From Octopus bimaculoides (Eukaryota), in NCBI RefSeq assembly GCF_001194135.2, contig NC_068994.1, positions 111,326 to 175,325 of the forward strand: 64,000 nucleotides of DNA, written 5' to 3'. Each line of letters begins with the position of its first letter. Position 1 is the stretch's first letter. The position numbers and the translations under genes were made by a program. The notes under the pieces were generated by a model that saw only the letters and a program-made list of their open reading frames with translations, searched no databases and was not told where the DNA came from. Shown in pieces: positions 1 through 11,019 of this stretch.

Positions 1-173
1 CATTAATTAAGAGAGCTAGAAAGATAGACATACTCATCTCACTAAAGAGACTGGCAAATATATAACTAAGTTAATATTAATATTTAATTTAACTAAGTTA
101 ATATTAATATTTAATTTATGGAGCATAAAGATATCTAGCTAGAAATATGTAGCGAGATAGACGGATAGGCAAA

Positions 174-236
174 CAGGGTGGCAGGGTGGCAGGGTGGCAG
201 GGTAGCAGGGTGGCAGGGTAGCAGGGTGGCAGGGTG
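174..236 (+). repeat. 8-bp repeat CAGGGTRG x8, plus a 27-bp tandem duplication at 64-117
   Basis: Read directly from the sequence. Confidence 0.95.
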
Positions 237-929
237 TCGGTAAGGCAGGCATTTCAGAATATGTTGTGGTTGATGGTGTTTCGAACAAAGTCATCTCTGA
301 TCGATCTCACCTTTTATCAGAAAGGTTCCAGCCGTGACTAACCCGTCTTTCTTGGCGTACGTGGGACATGTGTCCTTCCCATTTTTAAGACGGTGTATTT
401 TGAGGAAGATATAACTACTATTTCAAGCAAATCTATTGAACACGTTGTACCACCTCTCCTTACGGCCATTTATTGGATGGGTGAAATCGGTGTAAGAAAG
501 ATCAAGGGTAGTGGTCTTTATGGATTTACATAAACCTCTGTAATAAGCAACCTTGGAATTTTACTTTTCCCTGATGCTACCGAAAATGTCTAGAGTAAAT
601 ACTTTGGCCGTACAATTGAGCAGCAGACTAAAGTATTTTGAAGTACGACTGAGAATAATAAAGTACAAGTGAAGGCCAGTGAAGAAAAAATGTTTTATAG
701 TTTGTTTATAGCATCTCTAAAATTTGGTGGATTTGTTCAATAGGTTTGTTAATGGAGTCAGAGCTAAGCAAAAGTAAGGGGATAGAACGAATCTCCCAGT
801 CTTAGCTGGTTTTAATTATATTCTTTTTGCCTTGTTTGCATTATGCCTGACTCTAGATATGTAGCCTGACTCTAGTAACTAAGAGTGAAATATAAAGATT
901 CGTTTCCTTCTTACTGCTTTCTATAATAA

Positions 930-1380
930 TTCGGTTCATTTCTACCTGTTGTATTAGTATGAAATTCTGCTTGAAATCGGAAAAACTTTTACGGAAACTT
1001 TTCAAATATTGCAATGGGTGCAAAGGGAAGATTATTTAAGTAGTGCGCAACGTGGCGAGTGATGCCAGCATTTTAATTGGAAAGAACAGCCACTGAAACG
1101 CTCCTACGACGATCATATTGTGAAAGTGCAGCTGTAATCCTTGACAATCGTCACTTGAGTGTCTTTGATGTTTCCGAAGAAGTAATGATCTGTAAAAATT
1201 CATGTCACATAATCTTAAAAGAAGAAACGATGGAGAGTCCTGTTGCCGCAAAATGTGTTAACAGAAACTGAACAGAGTTGCAGTTAATCGTGAGTTTTTT
1301 GATCGTTTGAATATCTATGAAAACTTTCTGAAAAGTCATAATAATTATCGAAACGTGGGTGTAAGACTATGATATTGAAA
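930..1380 (+). mobile_element. Degenerate Mariner transposase fragment (HTH region to first catalytic Asp motif)
   Basis: Frames read KFCLKSEKTFTETFQIL, ILDNRHLSVFDVSEEVMICKNSCHIIL..VAAKCV and FLK....ETWV*DYDIE, matching the mariner KFCFKLGKT / RRLTVREVAEEVGI / VAAKFVP / DETWVYGYD motifs. Many stops and frameshifts. Confidence 0.85.
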
Positions 1381-1800
1381 GAAAAAAGATAGTTGCCATA
1401 GAAGGGTCGATGGTCAGCATTGCAACCAAACGAAAACACGTTAGATTTATTCTGGTGTTGATCGTCTTTTCGTCTCAGTTCGTTCCATGGGGTTCAGACA
1501 GTCACTAAAGAGTTATGTTTGTCCTGGAGCATTAACATAGAAATGATGCGAAAAAAAAAGGGGGGGGGACTGAGGTATAGACAATGAAAAGCTGCAAGCT
1601 GCACAACGCTCAAGCCTCATTCCTTATCCGTAATGGTTTGACAAGTACGAGACAGCACTCATCTCTTAGCCTTTCTACATCACGGATTTGACCCTGAAGG
1701 ACTTTTCGATTCCTAAATGCATCTTCAATTCAGAAGTTAGAAGAGATCGAAGACAATTCGCAGCAAGAAACAAGTACTAATCAAGACGTTCCAGAATTTG

Positions 1801-1841
<41 letters not shown>

Positions 1842-2643
1842 TGTGTGNNNNNNNNNNNGGGGGGGGGGGTATCTTGAAGGAGACAAATCTGATTAAATTA
1901 TAAACAGCATTTTCTCAAAATTTGGAGCTCCTTCGAACAGAAGGCGCGTGTGAAGTTTAGCTCACACACTTACACGGCTTCTGTCTACATAACAGAAATA
2001 GTTGTCTAAATGAGATATTGAAACGGACTTATAATAGATTGAAGAAATATTTGGGGTGACACTGGCGATATATATCCCCGGCTTACATTACACGGTTACT
2101 ATAGAAACTACATTATTGCTACAGTCGCTACACTGCTGATACAATCACAACACGGACCTGGATAAAGTTACCAAAATTTTTGGGAATGTGGATTGGTGGG
2201 ACAACGCCCGTTGTGTACTGTTTCACAATAGACTTTCAATGTCTATTGTGTATTGATGTTTCTTTTATGCTGTGTGGGAGCAATTGCAGATAGAACCACT
2301 GTTAACAATATGAAACGTATTATAAATGATTCTTGATTGGACCCACACGTATAATAGATGATAACCAGATTGGGGTCACATGTATCATATATGATCCTAC
2401 ATCGGACTCACGTGTATTACATATCATCTCCAATTGGGGTCATATGGTCGCAGATCTAAGATCACGTATAATATATACTCTGCAGTCTGTGGAAACTTGT
2501 ATCTCTCTGTCTTTTTGTCTAAACTCCTTCGTTTACGGTTGTTTAACTTCTTCTGCAAGTTGATCTTATTGTCTTTGTTGGCTGCTTTTATGATTCAACA
2601 TTTCTTTCATGTGGCATTTTCTATCTGTCCACCGTCATTGCAG

Positions 2644-2655
2644 TTTATCTGATAA
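2644..2655 (+). CDS. Candidate 12-nt microexon TTTATCTGATAA (..L-S-D-K) of the SH2 gene
   Basis: About 80 nt of AG-free pyrimidine-rich sequence ending in tgcag, with donor AA|GTAAGC. Symmetric and phase 2, so compatible with exon 5232. Inferred only. Confidence 0.3.
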
Positions 2656-4239
2656 GTAAGCTATAACAATGGAGGATATTAACGCTCAGTGGGAAATGGT
2701 GGTGGTAGTGACGGTAAGAACAATGATGATGATGATGATAACAAACGTGTGTGATCTTGTTTGATGTTTGATTACTAAATTGTATTGGTAAATATGTCTC
2801 GTTAGGAGTGACAGGTGAAATGATTGACCGGCTAACTACTTGCCTAGCCCCTGTCTGTATCTTATGTTTTTTTATCTGTCGGGTTGTATTGTTCCACAAA
2901 CATGAATATAATTATTGTGCAAAGTAGAATCTAAATAGAAAGACAAGAAGAGACAGGTTTAAATGAGTGAAGTAACCAGCTTCTAAATGTGACTTTTGAC
3001 AGAACTGTGTTGTTAGGACAGTGGGGCTGATATAGTATTAGTTAGATGGAGTAGTGCACCTCTAGACTACAAGTTACGAGTTCATATCCTAGTACAGTCA
3101 TCGCTGACGTTGTGTTCGTTGGTAAAAAAAAAATATTGTATCTATTGACAACCATGTCTAAACAGACCTGGTTGTATTGTTGTTTAACCCCAGGCCAACC
3201 CTGACCGAGCACACCTATGATCAAAGACATTCCAGCCACGACCATTCTCTCCTTTTAAAACGCAGTTAATCTAGGATAACATTAACGTGATCCTCATTTC
3301 AGTCGGGCATTTTAAAGATTTTTTTTTTATTTGGGAAATTTGGTTATTTCTAGCCACTTGAGCTACCGAAGTACTTCAGGGCATCAGCGTTTACCACACT
3401 AATATCTATTTAGCTCGACCTTGATTCTGTCCACAGAGAAATGTTAAAAGTGATAGAACTTGCAGTTTGTCTACGTGAAAGTTTATCTCTCAGCCGCACA
3501 CCACAACAATGAGAACCAAATCTAAGTACATTTCCCTCTTACCTTTGGCTTTAGACCCAAATCAATCCTGATCGAGATAATCCATATTCAAAAGCATTCC
3601 ATCCATGACGGTCTTGGATAGTACACCACAGATCACATTACGAAGTATCTCTTATTTTTAAGATATTAAGGTATAATTTAAGAGAGATGCAGCTACTATT
3701 TCTAGTAGGTTAGGGTTATCTCAGTGGTTTACTAGCTTTATCAGTCTCGTCTGTTTCAGACTCCTGCGAAAGTTCTGCTCACTGCATCTTCCGCTTGAGT
3801 AAATTTATTTAAAAAATCTGCTCAGCAGACCGCAAGAGTTCGTAAAAAGATCCGCTCAGACATCCGATCAGATAGTGTATCTAAAATTACTATCTAATGT
3901 GATTTTTGTTTAAGATGGCTAATTGTGATTTGAGTGATCTTTGCTACTGTTTCTAGCGGGTTTGTTTTACTCAGAATATGGAAAAATAGAAAATCCTCCT
4001 AAAAAATCTAATGAAAGTGTGTAAAAAGTTTTAGCTTCCTTGAAACCAGTTTCAATGTTATTCCTTACTAAAAACCAATTCCTGTGGTTTTCTCTATTCA
4101 AAAGTTCCACAAGGACGATTCCATATCTTTCCATTTCCCTTAATGTTATATTCGTATTTACTTTTATATGGACGACATTAAAATTAGGTGTGGTTTTAAT
4201 TCCGTTTTTTTATTCTATAGCTAAACCTGAAAAATTCTG

Positions 4240-4875
4240 TATTACTTTGGTGTAGGATCTACAAATTAAAAGGCGATTACTTTAGGTTACTTTTTAGTTT
4301 ATTTTTCAATTTCTAAAAAACCCTTAAGATGTTCTTGTGTCTCTAGCAGATGTTCGCTCAATTCATCGACAAAATTATTCAAATTTGTATTTCATCTTTA
4401 TTATCAAATTACTATTCAAATGTTTTATGAATTCTTTTGTACATACTTAGCATTGTAAATGTATTTTTTTCAAAATTCTTACTATTTTAATAATAATAAA
4501 ACCATGTTTCATTTATGTCTAAGTAAATAATAAAATAAAAACAAGAATAAACAATATGGTAATTAAAAATAAGCGTGTAGATCACACAGGTTTGACAGCT
4601 GCGAGTTTTGCAATGTAAAGTTGGCAAAATTTCACCGTTTTTCCCTTTACTTCGAGCTTCCTTCATTTCGCCATCACAACGATGATATGGTGCAACATTT
4701 TGTTCGTCATCTAAAAGGTCATTTCTTCGTAAAAATACAACAGCCTTCGTCTCGTCGCTGATCGCATTGTAAAAATCTTTAGCCAACAACTTAAGAGCTT
4801 TTAGAAATTGAAAAGTAAACTAAAACGTAACCTAAAGTAATCACCCTTTAAGCTGGAGATAACACGCCAAAGTAG
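4240..4875 (-). mobile_element. Merlin (IS1595/ISXO2-like) transposon derivative: N-terminal zinc-ribbon relic between inverted arms
   Basis: ORF 4487..4789 reads DFYNAISDETKAVVFLRRNDLL..APYHRCDGEMKE..PTLHCKTRSCQT, like the CxxC..CxxxxC N-terminus of Merlin transposases. Positions 4271-4328 and 4790-4846 are reverse complements. No DDE domain is present. Confidence 0.6.
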
Positions 4876-5080
4876 GACCAAAAATTCTATATTGTGAGGT
4901 TAAGAATTTTACTTCATAATCACGTTATTTTGTATACGAACTCACTGTCTTGTACAATGGACAAGAGTCTCTCTCCTACCGTAACCTTGTCAACCAAATA
5001 CTTGTCCGTTAATCTCCGTAGTCAGAAATTATGCAGAAACTCATTGAGTTGGTCCGTATCAATTTTTGGACGGTAGACTT

Positions 5081-5134
<54 letters not shown>

Positions 5135-5231
5135 GCTAGCTAGTTGTTTACCCACTTGCACTATCTGTCTACCATGTCTAATTAATTACTGGTATTTACA
5201 GACATTTTACATTGATGGCAATATTTTTCAG

Positions 5232-5348
5232 GATCAACCCAATATCTTTCGGAAAGTACGAAGCAGAGATGGCGCTCAAAGACACATCACCTGGAACCTA
5301 CCTGATGTACAAGGATTATGAATCTAACCAAATTTATCTCTCTGTCAG
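5232..5348 (+). CDS. Internal exon, N-terminal half of an SH2 domain: (x)INPISFGKYEAEMALKDTSPGTYLMYKDYESNQIYLSV(R)
   Basis: Acceptor atatttttcag|G at 5231/5232 and donor AG|gtaaag at 5348/5349. 117 nt, phase 2 to phase 2. Aligns by eye to SH2 alphaA (GKYEAE vs Src TRRESE), betaB (GTYLMYKD vs GTFLVRES) and betaC (IYLSV vs YCLSV). Joins the next exon in frame (AG+A = Arg). Confidence 0.88.
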
Positions 5349-5617
5349 GTAAAGATCTTCATTATAGTCTGTCTTTGTGAGAGAGAGCTTAAACTGGTTG
5401 GATGTTACATTTGTGGGGGGGGGGGGATATACGAACTGAAGACTACCTTTATATGTAGTGCAGTTCCCTCTCTGAGGCAACAGACTGGATATTAACTTCT
5501 CACCAGTAATAGCCAAATGAAAAACGTGGGGTCTAAGCACCTAATTCTCCTAAATTTCTGTAGATTGTTTAACCCTAGATTTACTTTGATTTCACAGACC
5601 TCTCCTTTATTTTTTAA

Positions 5618-5785
5618 CTTGTTTCAGTCATTAGAGTGAGGTCATGCTGTGACGCCACCTTGAAGGATTTTAGTCAAACGAATTGGGCCCAGGACTTATT
5701 CTGTTGGTGTCTTTCTTGAATCGCTAAGTTATGGACGCATAAACTCATCAAAACCGGTTGTCAAGCTGTGGTGGGATACATACAC
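5618..5785 (-). mobile_element. SINE family A, 3' tail fragment
   Basis: Reverse complement of the 3' half of the full copy at 15345-15740 (gactgaaacaag tail). Confidence 0.7.
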
Positions 5786-5889
5786 TCTCTCTCTCTCCCT
5801 CTCTCTCTTTCACTCACTAACACACACACACACATTATCGGTCGCACATACATAGTGTATGTATTTTTTTTTCTTTATAAGGCGAAGAA

Positions 5890-6135
5890 AATTAGATAAC
5901 GAATAATTGCAAAATATCGCTATCATTTTCGGTGATTCCGAAGCGAGTTCTCACAACCAGTCTGTGACATTCAGGTGTTGTTTAACTCCTGAATGTCATG
6001 TAGGATGCTACTTGGATGTAGAATACACTTCAGCCTTCATCAGGTGACTTGGGGAAATTTCGAAACTGGGTTCTCATTCCTAATTCCTCATTCGATGCGA
6101 ACTTGGAATCTTAACCACTACACCATACGCACGTG
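5890..6135 (-). mobile_element. Diverged tRNA-headed SINE-like repeat
   Basis: The - strand starts ggtgtagtggttaagattccaagttcg (A/B-box-like). It contains a perfect 11-bp stem, TGACATTCAGG/CCTGAATGTCA, at 5965-5998. Confidence 0.45.
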
Positions 6136-6409
6136 AGCAATTACGGAGTGAATTTTAGGGCTTACAAATCTAATATTCTCCTATCCTTCCTTAATACCGG
6201 TTCCTATATGCTGCTCATATCTGCACTCAGACTGTTTAGGAGGTTGTTGTGTCCTAGCATATGTGCTGCTTCTTTTAGTTTTCGTATTTTCCAGTGATGT
6301 TCTCTGTCTATTATTTTTAACTTCATCCCACAGGGGGAGGGTTAATATAGGTAATTTTTTTCTTTATAGCCTGCTTTAAGTAAGGCAGAGTTATAACGGA
6401 CGGTTTGAC

Positions 6410-6620
6410 TGGAGACTGGCAAGCTAGGAAGCTGCAATCTGATTTGGCAATGTTTCTACAGCTGGATGCCCTTCCTAACGCCAACCACTACGAGAGTGTA
6501 GTGGGTGCTTTTTACATGGAGCCAGTCGGGGTGGGGGGGACGGCATCGACCACATTTGGCTGATGCTTTTTATGTGCCACCAGCACGGGGAGCCAGTCAG
6601 GTGGCACTGGCAGTGACCTA
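6410..6620 (-). mobile_element. RTE-type 3' tail repeat
   Basis: Contains tttctacagctggatgcccttcctaacgccaacc, which I recall as the antisense 3' end motif of RTE LINEs and their partner SINEs. Confidence 0.6.
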
Positions 6621-7067
6621 ATGCCCAATATATACAGACAGTAGACTATAAGCTAATGCAGATTTGGCAGTTATTTCTAGCAACACCAATGACCATATGG
6701 GTGATATATGTTATTATTCTATGCAATGGCAGCACTATTGAACTTCAGAATGTTGCCATTTTTGACTTCAACATCTGGCCTCTGGATGATTTTTAGTTTG
6801 TGCAGTTTAAGTTTTCCTTTTGTGAGCATTGATTGAAAAAACTTTCAACTATAGACACAAGGCCTGAAATTTTGTTTGATTGGGCTAAGTCAATTAATTA
6901 ACCCCAGTGCTTAACTGGAACTTATTTTATCGACCCTGAAAGGATAAAAAACGAAGTCAACCTTGGTGGCTTTACCTTAATATTTGCCAATATTAATTGC
7001 TGTAAATAGTTATTTTCTGCAAAATGTTAGTTTCTTTCTCCTAAATTGCATTTTGTCTATTCTTCAG

Positions 7068-7209
7068 AACTGACAGTGTGTTGCGACATCATATGGTCAC
7101 ACAAAGTGATGGTCTGTTCTATCTGGACAAACAACCCTACCCGTATCTCGATTCTATCGTACTTTACCACAAAAAGCATAAACTCCATGGTATCAAATTA
7201 ACACAACAG
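7068..7209 (+). CDS. Internal exon, C-terminal half of the SH2 domain: (R)TDSVLRHHMVTQSDGLFYLDKQPYPYLDSIVLYHKKHKLHGIKLTQQ
   Basis: Acceptor ttttgtctattcttcag|A and donor CAG|gtaaat. 142 nt, phase 2 to phase 0, open frame. Matches SH2 betaD (LRHHMV), betaE/F (GLFYL), alphaB (LDSIVLYH) and betaG (IKLT). Confidence 0.9.
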
Positions 7210-7790
7210 GTAAATCTTTAGCTTTCTTCCTCACTACTTTCAAACATTTTCATTCATTAATGTTGTTCATGTTGTTTAGACCCAGATTATTCTTAATCCA
7301 GGAGCCATTTGATCAAAAGTATTCCTATTCGACCATTCTGTCTTTTATTAAAAAATAGTGAATCTATGATCAATATATTCCAGCCATGACAAATCTTTCT
7401 ATTCAGAAATACTGTCATTTTGTTTTTATGTTGTTGTCTGATTCAACAAGCCTATGATTAAAACTATTCCAAATGCATCTCTCTTTTTTACAGGTATAGT
7501 GTAACTAGGAATATATGACCTATTATGTAGCTGTCAGTATCAGTGGTTCCAAGAGACATATTGCAATGTGACCAAAACTTTCTCTTTCCAGAGTTTAACC
7601 AGGATCACATTATCACTCAATATGGCCTTCCTTTTTATGTTTGTAGGTTTTTGATTTGAGCGAGTTTTAGTTGTTACTTCTAATAATTTGAGCAACTGCT
7701 TAGAAACAAGTTGACTCATAATGTTTGCTTGAAAAATTTATGTAAATAGTGAGATTTGTTGATATTAGTAAATATTTCCTCTGTTTTTAG

Positions 7791-7907
7791 GCTCCGCTGA
7801 GTGCCAGAATTGTGAAATGCTTTGCTGCAAGATTTGCTGCCAACAATGGCAACATTCTGCCTCAGAAAACTGAAGATAAAAACAAAATGCTTGAAGAGAC
7901 ATTATCT
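7791..7907 (+). CDS. Exon after the SH2 domain: APLSARIVKCFAARFAANNGNILPQKTEDKNKMLEETLS; its 3' end runs into an N gap
   Basis: Acceptor atttcctctgtttttag|GCT, phase 0, matching the previous donor. 39 open codons up to the gap at 7908-8016. The donor itself is not visible. Confidence 0.8.
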
Positions 7908-8112
7908 NNNNNNNNNNNNNNNNNNNNNNNNNNNNNNNNNNNNNNNNNNNNNNNNNNNNNNNNNNNNNNNNNNNNNNNNNNNNNNNNNNNNNNNNNNNNN
8001 NNNNNNNNNNNNNNNNGTGCACGCGCACATTAGTGTTAAAGAAATTGTTTCTACTTAATCTGTATTCTCAATTAAAATTATTTTTTCACTTGTTTGTTGT
8101 TTATTATTTCAG

Positions 8113-8159
8113 TTGATCAACGTTATGATTTAGACATAAGCAGTTGGTCAACATCTTAA
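8113..8159 (+). CDS. Probable terminal coding exon: (x)DQRYDLDISSWSTS*
   Basis: Strong acceptor ttgtttgttgtttattatttcag|TT (phase 1) and stop TAA at 8157-8159. It fits if the previous exon ends one base into the gap. AATAAA candidates lie downstream (~8945, ~9713, ~9745). Confidence 0.65.
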
Positions 8160-9860
8160 CATACACACACATGCAATATCATTATATACACACTCCAGGC
8201 CAACAACTAGTGTGTGTGTGTGTGTGCGTGTGTGTGTGTGTGTATAAAAATTCCGTCTTGTGATGTAATGGGAAAGTATGGTAAGTACTCAGGTTGGTTT
8301 CCCATTGAAATTCCGATTGGAACTGCGACTAAAAGAAGGCTGGTGTTTTAGGTGTTTAGCAAAGAATGGCTACAAATGGCTAATCATCGATGCATATTAG
8401 GAATTAAAAAGTGAACAAGCAAAATGTGAGGAATTAGAGTCTGGAACTTAAAATTCAAACATAGTTGCAGAGTTATTAGAGTCAATAAGGGATTAAGAAA
8501 TAAGCGTGGGAGGGATTTCATGCATTATTTCTTAATCCCTTATTTACTTAAACGACTCTACAACCTGTTGGCTGTGGGTCAAAAAGAGATCAATAGTAAA
8601 AGTACTTATAGTTTAGGTATATTTGCAGATATGTGATGGAGATTTTGGCTGCTATTTTTTGCGGCCAAATCTGCCTCAAGTTCACGACTAAACCTTTGAA
8701 GGCAGTGCCCCAGCATGGCCACATTCTAATGACTGAAGCGCGCACAAAAGATATACAGAATTTGCGAGAAAACTAATAAATGGCTGCATCGAAAAAATTG
8801 TTCGATGGTTTCAGTCGCGTGACACAGACACACCTTTAACAGTGTCACCATGAGGAATGTAGAAAACTGGGAATCGATTCATTGGAAACGTCCATTCACG
8901 ATGCAATTCTTAAGAATATTATTATATATCAAAAAAAAAAAAGCAATAAAATTGAAATGTCATTTCTGCCTCGCCAAGTTGCCATTTGGCTCTAATTCAA
9001 TAGAATTGTTCCAACAACAACCATATTATCTTTATGTATAATGCAGCCATCAGTAATAGGCTGGGATCTGAAGGTATTTCACTGCTATATCGAACGCATA
9101 TCGTTGTTCTTGTTCTTCTAATCCTGCTGACATAATCATAATCCCGATGACATTCCAGTTGTAGCCATCCTTATATTTCATTCAAGCATCGTATAGCGAA
9201 GACGAACGTCTCCATTTAAAAAAAAAAAAAAAAATATGTGATTTGAGCGAGATTTGATTTCTATTTCTGATAAATAAGAGTGACCAGAGAAAAGCACCTC
9301 CATTGATTCAGTTGTTGTCAACGAAAAATGCTTATTGGGATCACTTTGCCTGTCATCAACGCTAAGCAAATAAAGTAATAACAACGAGTAAAGGGAAACA
9401 ACTCCGTGGCGAAACTAAAGTCCATTCGGAATCGAATTGTCATCCAAAATTGTGGTTTTAAAAATCATGATATTGATTGTCGAGGAATTCAGTGTTGAAT
9501 ATTTAATATGTCCACAAATAAATTTTCTTGACAGGAATAATATTAGGTTGAAGAAATTTGAACGATGGTAGTTTTTAAGAGATATTAGATAAGACTAGCA
9601 ATGAAATATATAAATGTATTATCAAATATATAAACTAAATATCAAACAAAATGCTGAAGTTTCTGTTATATCTTGAGATGCAGTCATCATTCTGTTGATC
9701 TTTTCCAAAAGGAATAAACAAAAAAAAAAATGCCTCCCTCCTGAATAAAAATTTTTCAAGAAAAGTCAAGAATTTATAAATTTTTAAGGAAACATGAATT
9801 CTTTATGAGAATTCGATCTTGAAACGCATTAATGCTTTACATAACAGATATGGGGTTCTT

Positions 9861-10017
9861 GTGACAGGTTAAATCTATCACTCAAGCAGTCCACTGTGGG
9901 GTCCAAGCCCAGAATTCAAAGAACTGGAACAACTACTGTAAGGCATCCCATTTAATAACCTAGTGATTCCACAAATCTCCCATCCACAAAGAAGAAAGAA
10001 GTTGACCTCGATCAGAT
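9861..10017 (-). repeat. SINE-like repeat, copy 1 of an inverted pair
   Basis: About 157 nt that align nearly base for base to the reverse complement of 10859-11019. Confidence 0.85.
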
Positions 10018-10858
10018 TTCCTCATCTTGGACATTCACACAAAATCTCTGTCTATTTTTAATTCATTCTTGATCTGTTGATTGTGCTAGACAGTATTTCA
10101 CAGAGTGGGGGGGGGGGTCTGATAAGACTGAAACATGTTCAGTGTTGTCACAGTATTTACCATTTTAAATTTTAGCATTCTCTTGCCCAAATTTGTCACT
10201 AACACAATCGGCATTTTTTTTCAACATGATTGTAATTTCACTTGATTTAACTTCTCCTTAGTTTTTGATTATGATTAAATACTAATTACTGTATCATTCA
10301 AAAATTATTGTTAGAAACAGTATAGACAGATAGATCGAATAATTGAGAGTTTATCTGCAAGATTGGTTATATGTCATTAAATTGATTCAGTGAAATAATG
10401 CTACAAAGAAAATAAATATACAAAACCTGTCTGGACTGTTGAAATATATTTGATGGTGTCCATGTGAAAGTGAGAATGACTGGGTGGCAGTGTACCTTGA
10501 ACCAGTATAGGAGTAAAGGATTAGTCGAAGCAGGCATAGCTTTTGCATAGTATTGTGTAGTAATACTTTTAGTTCTAATGATTTAATTAGCTATTTTGCA
10601 GCAATCACTGACCAGAGTTCTGTAGAACTAGTGGCTTAATCAATTATAAGAAAAACAGTAATCAATTCTACATAATTAAACATAATTAGTTTGATCTCAA
10701 CAAAAACTGCTCAAACTTCAATAAAAACCAAATTGACAGCGGCTGTGGCGAATTTTCTATGAGGATCATTTAAAAAGGAATTAATTGGTTGAGTTGTTTA
10801 GAGCATCACACAAACTCTTGTGTGGAATTTATGTCATTTTCATATGTTCTAAGTTCAG

Positions 10859-11019
10859 ATCTGATCGAGGTCAACTTTGTCTTTCTTCTTTGTGGATGGG
10901 AGATTTGTGGAATCACTAGATTATTAAATGGGATGCCTTACAGTAGCTGTTCCGATTCATTGAATTCTGGGTTTGAACCCCACTATGGGACTGCTTGAGT
11001 GATACATTTAACCTGTCAC
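10859..11019 (+). repeat. SINE-like repeat, copy 2 of an inverted pair
   Basis: Reverse complement of 9861-10017. It contains the B-box-like motif gggtttgaacccc. Confidence 0.85.

Noticed and set aside
561-598. Hammerhead-like CTGATG..CGAAAATGTC
   Set aside because: A9 and C15.2 are mutated, stem II has collapsed and stem I is not contiguous with the core. At most a dead relic.
5031-5321. ORF-track peptide overlapping the first SH2 exon (..DQPNIFRKVRSRDG..)
   Set aside because: Wrong frame and driven by (CT)n. The spliced frame gives the SH2 match.
5965-6045. CTGATGA on the - strand next to an 11-bp hairpin
   Set aside because: No matching stem II/GAAA downstream; it is part of a SINE-like repeat.
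9045-9180. 43-aa - strand ORF MKYKDGYNWNVIGIMIMSAGLEEQEQRYAFDIAVKYLQ, faintly like an iGluR N-terminal stretch
   Set aside because: Short, no convincing splice sites, and it lies in the probable 3' UTR of the SH2 gene.
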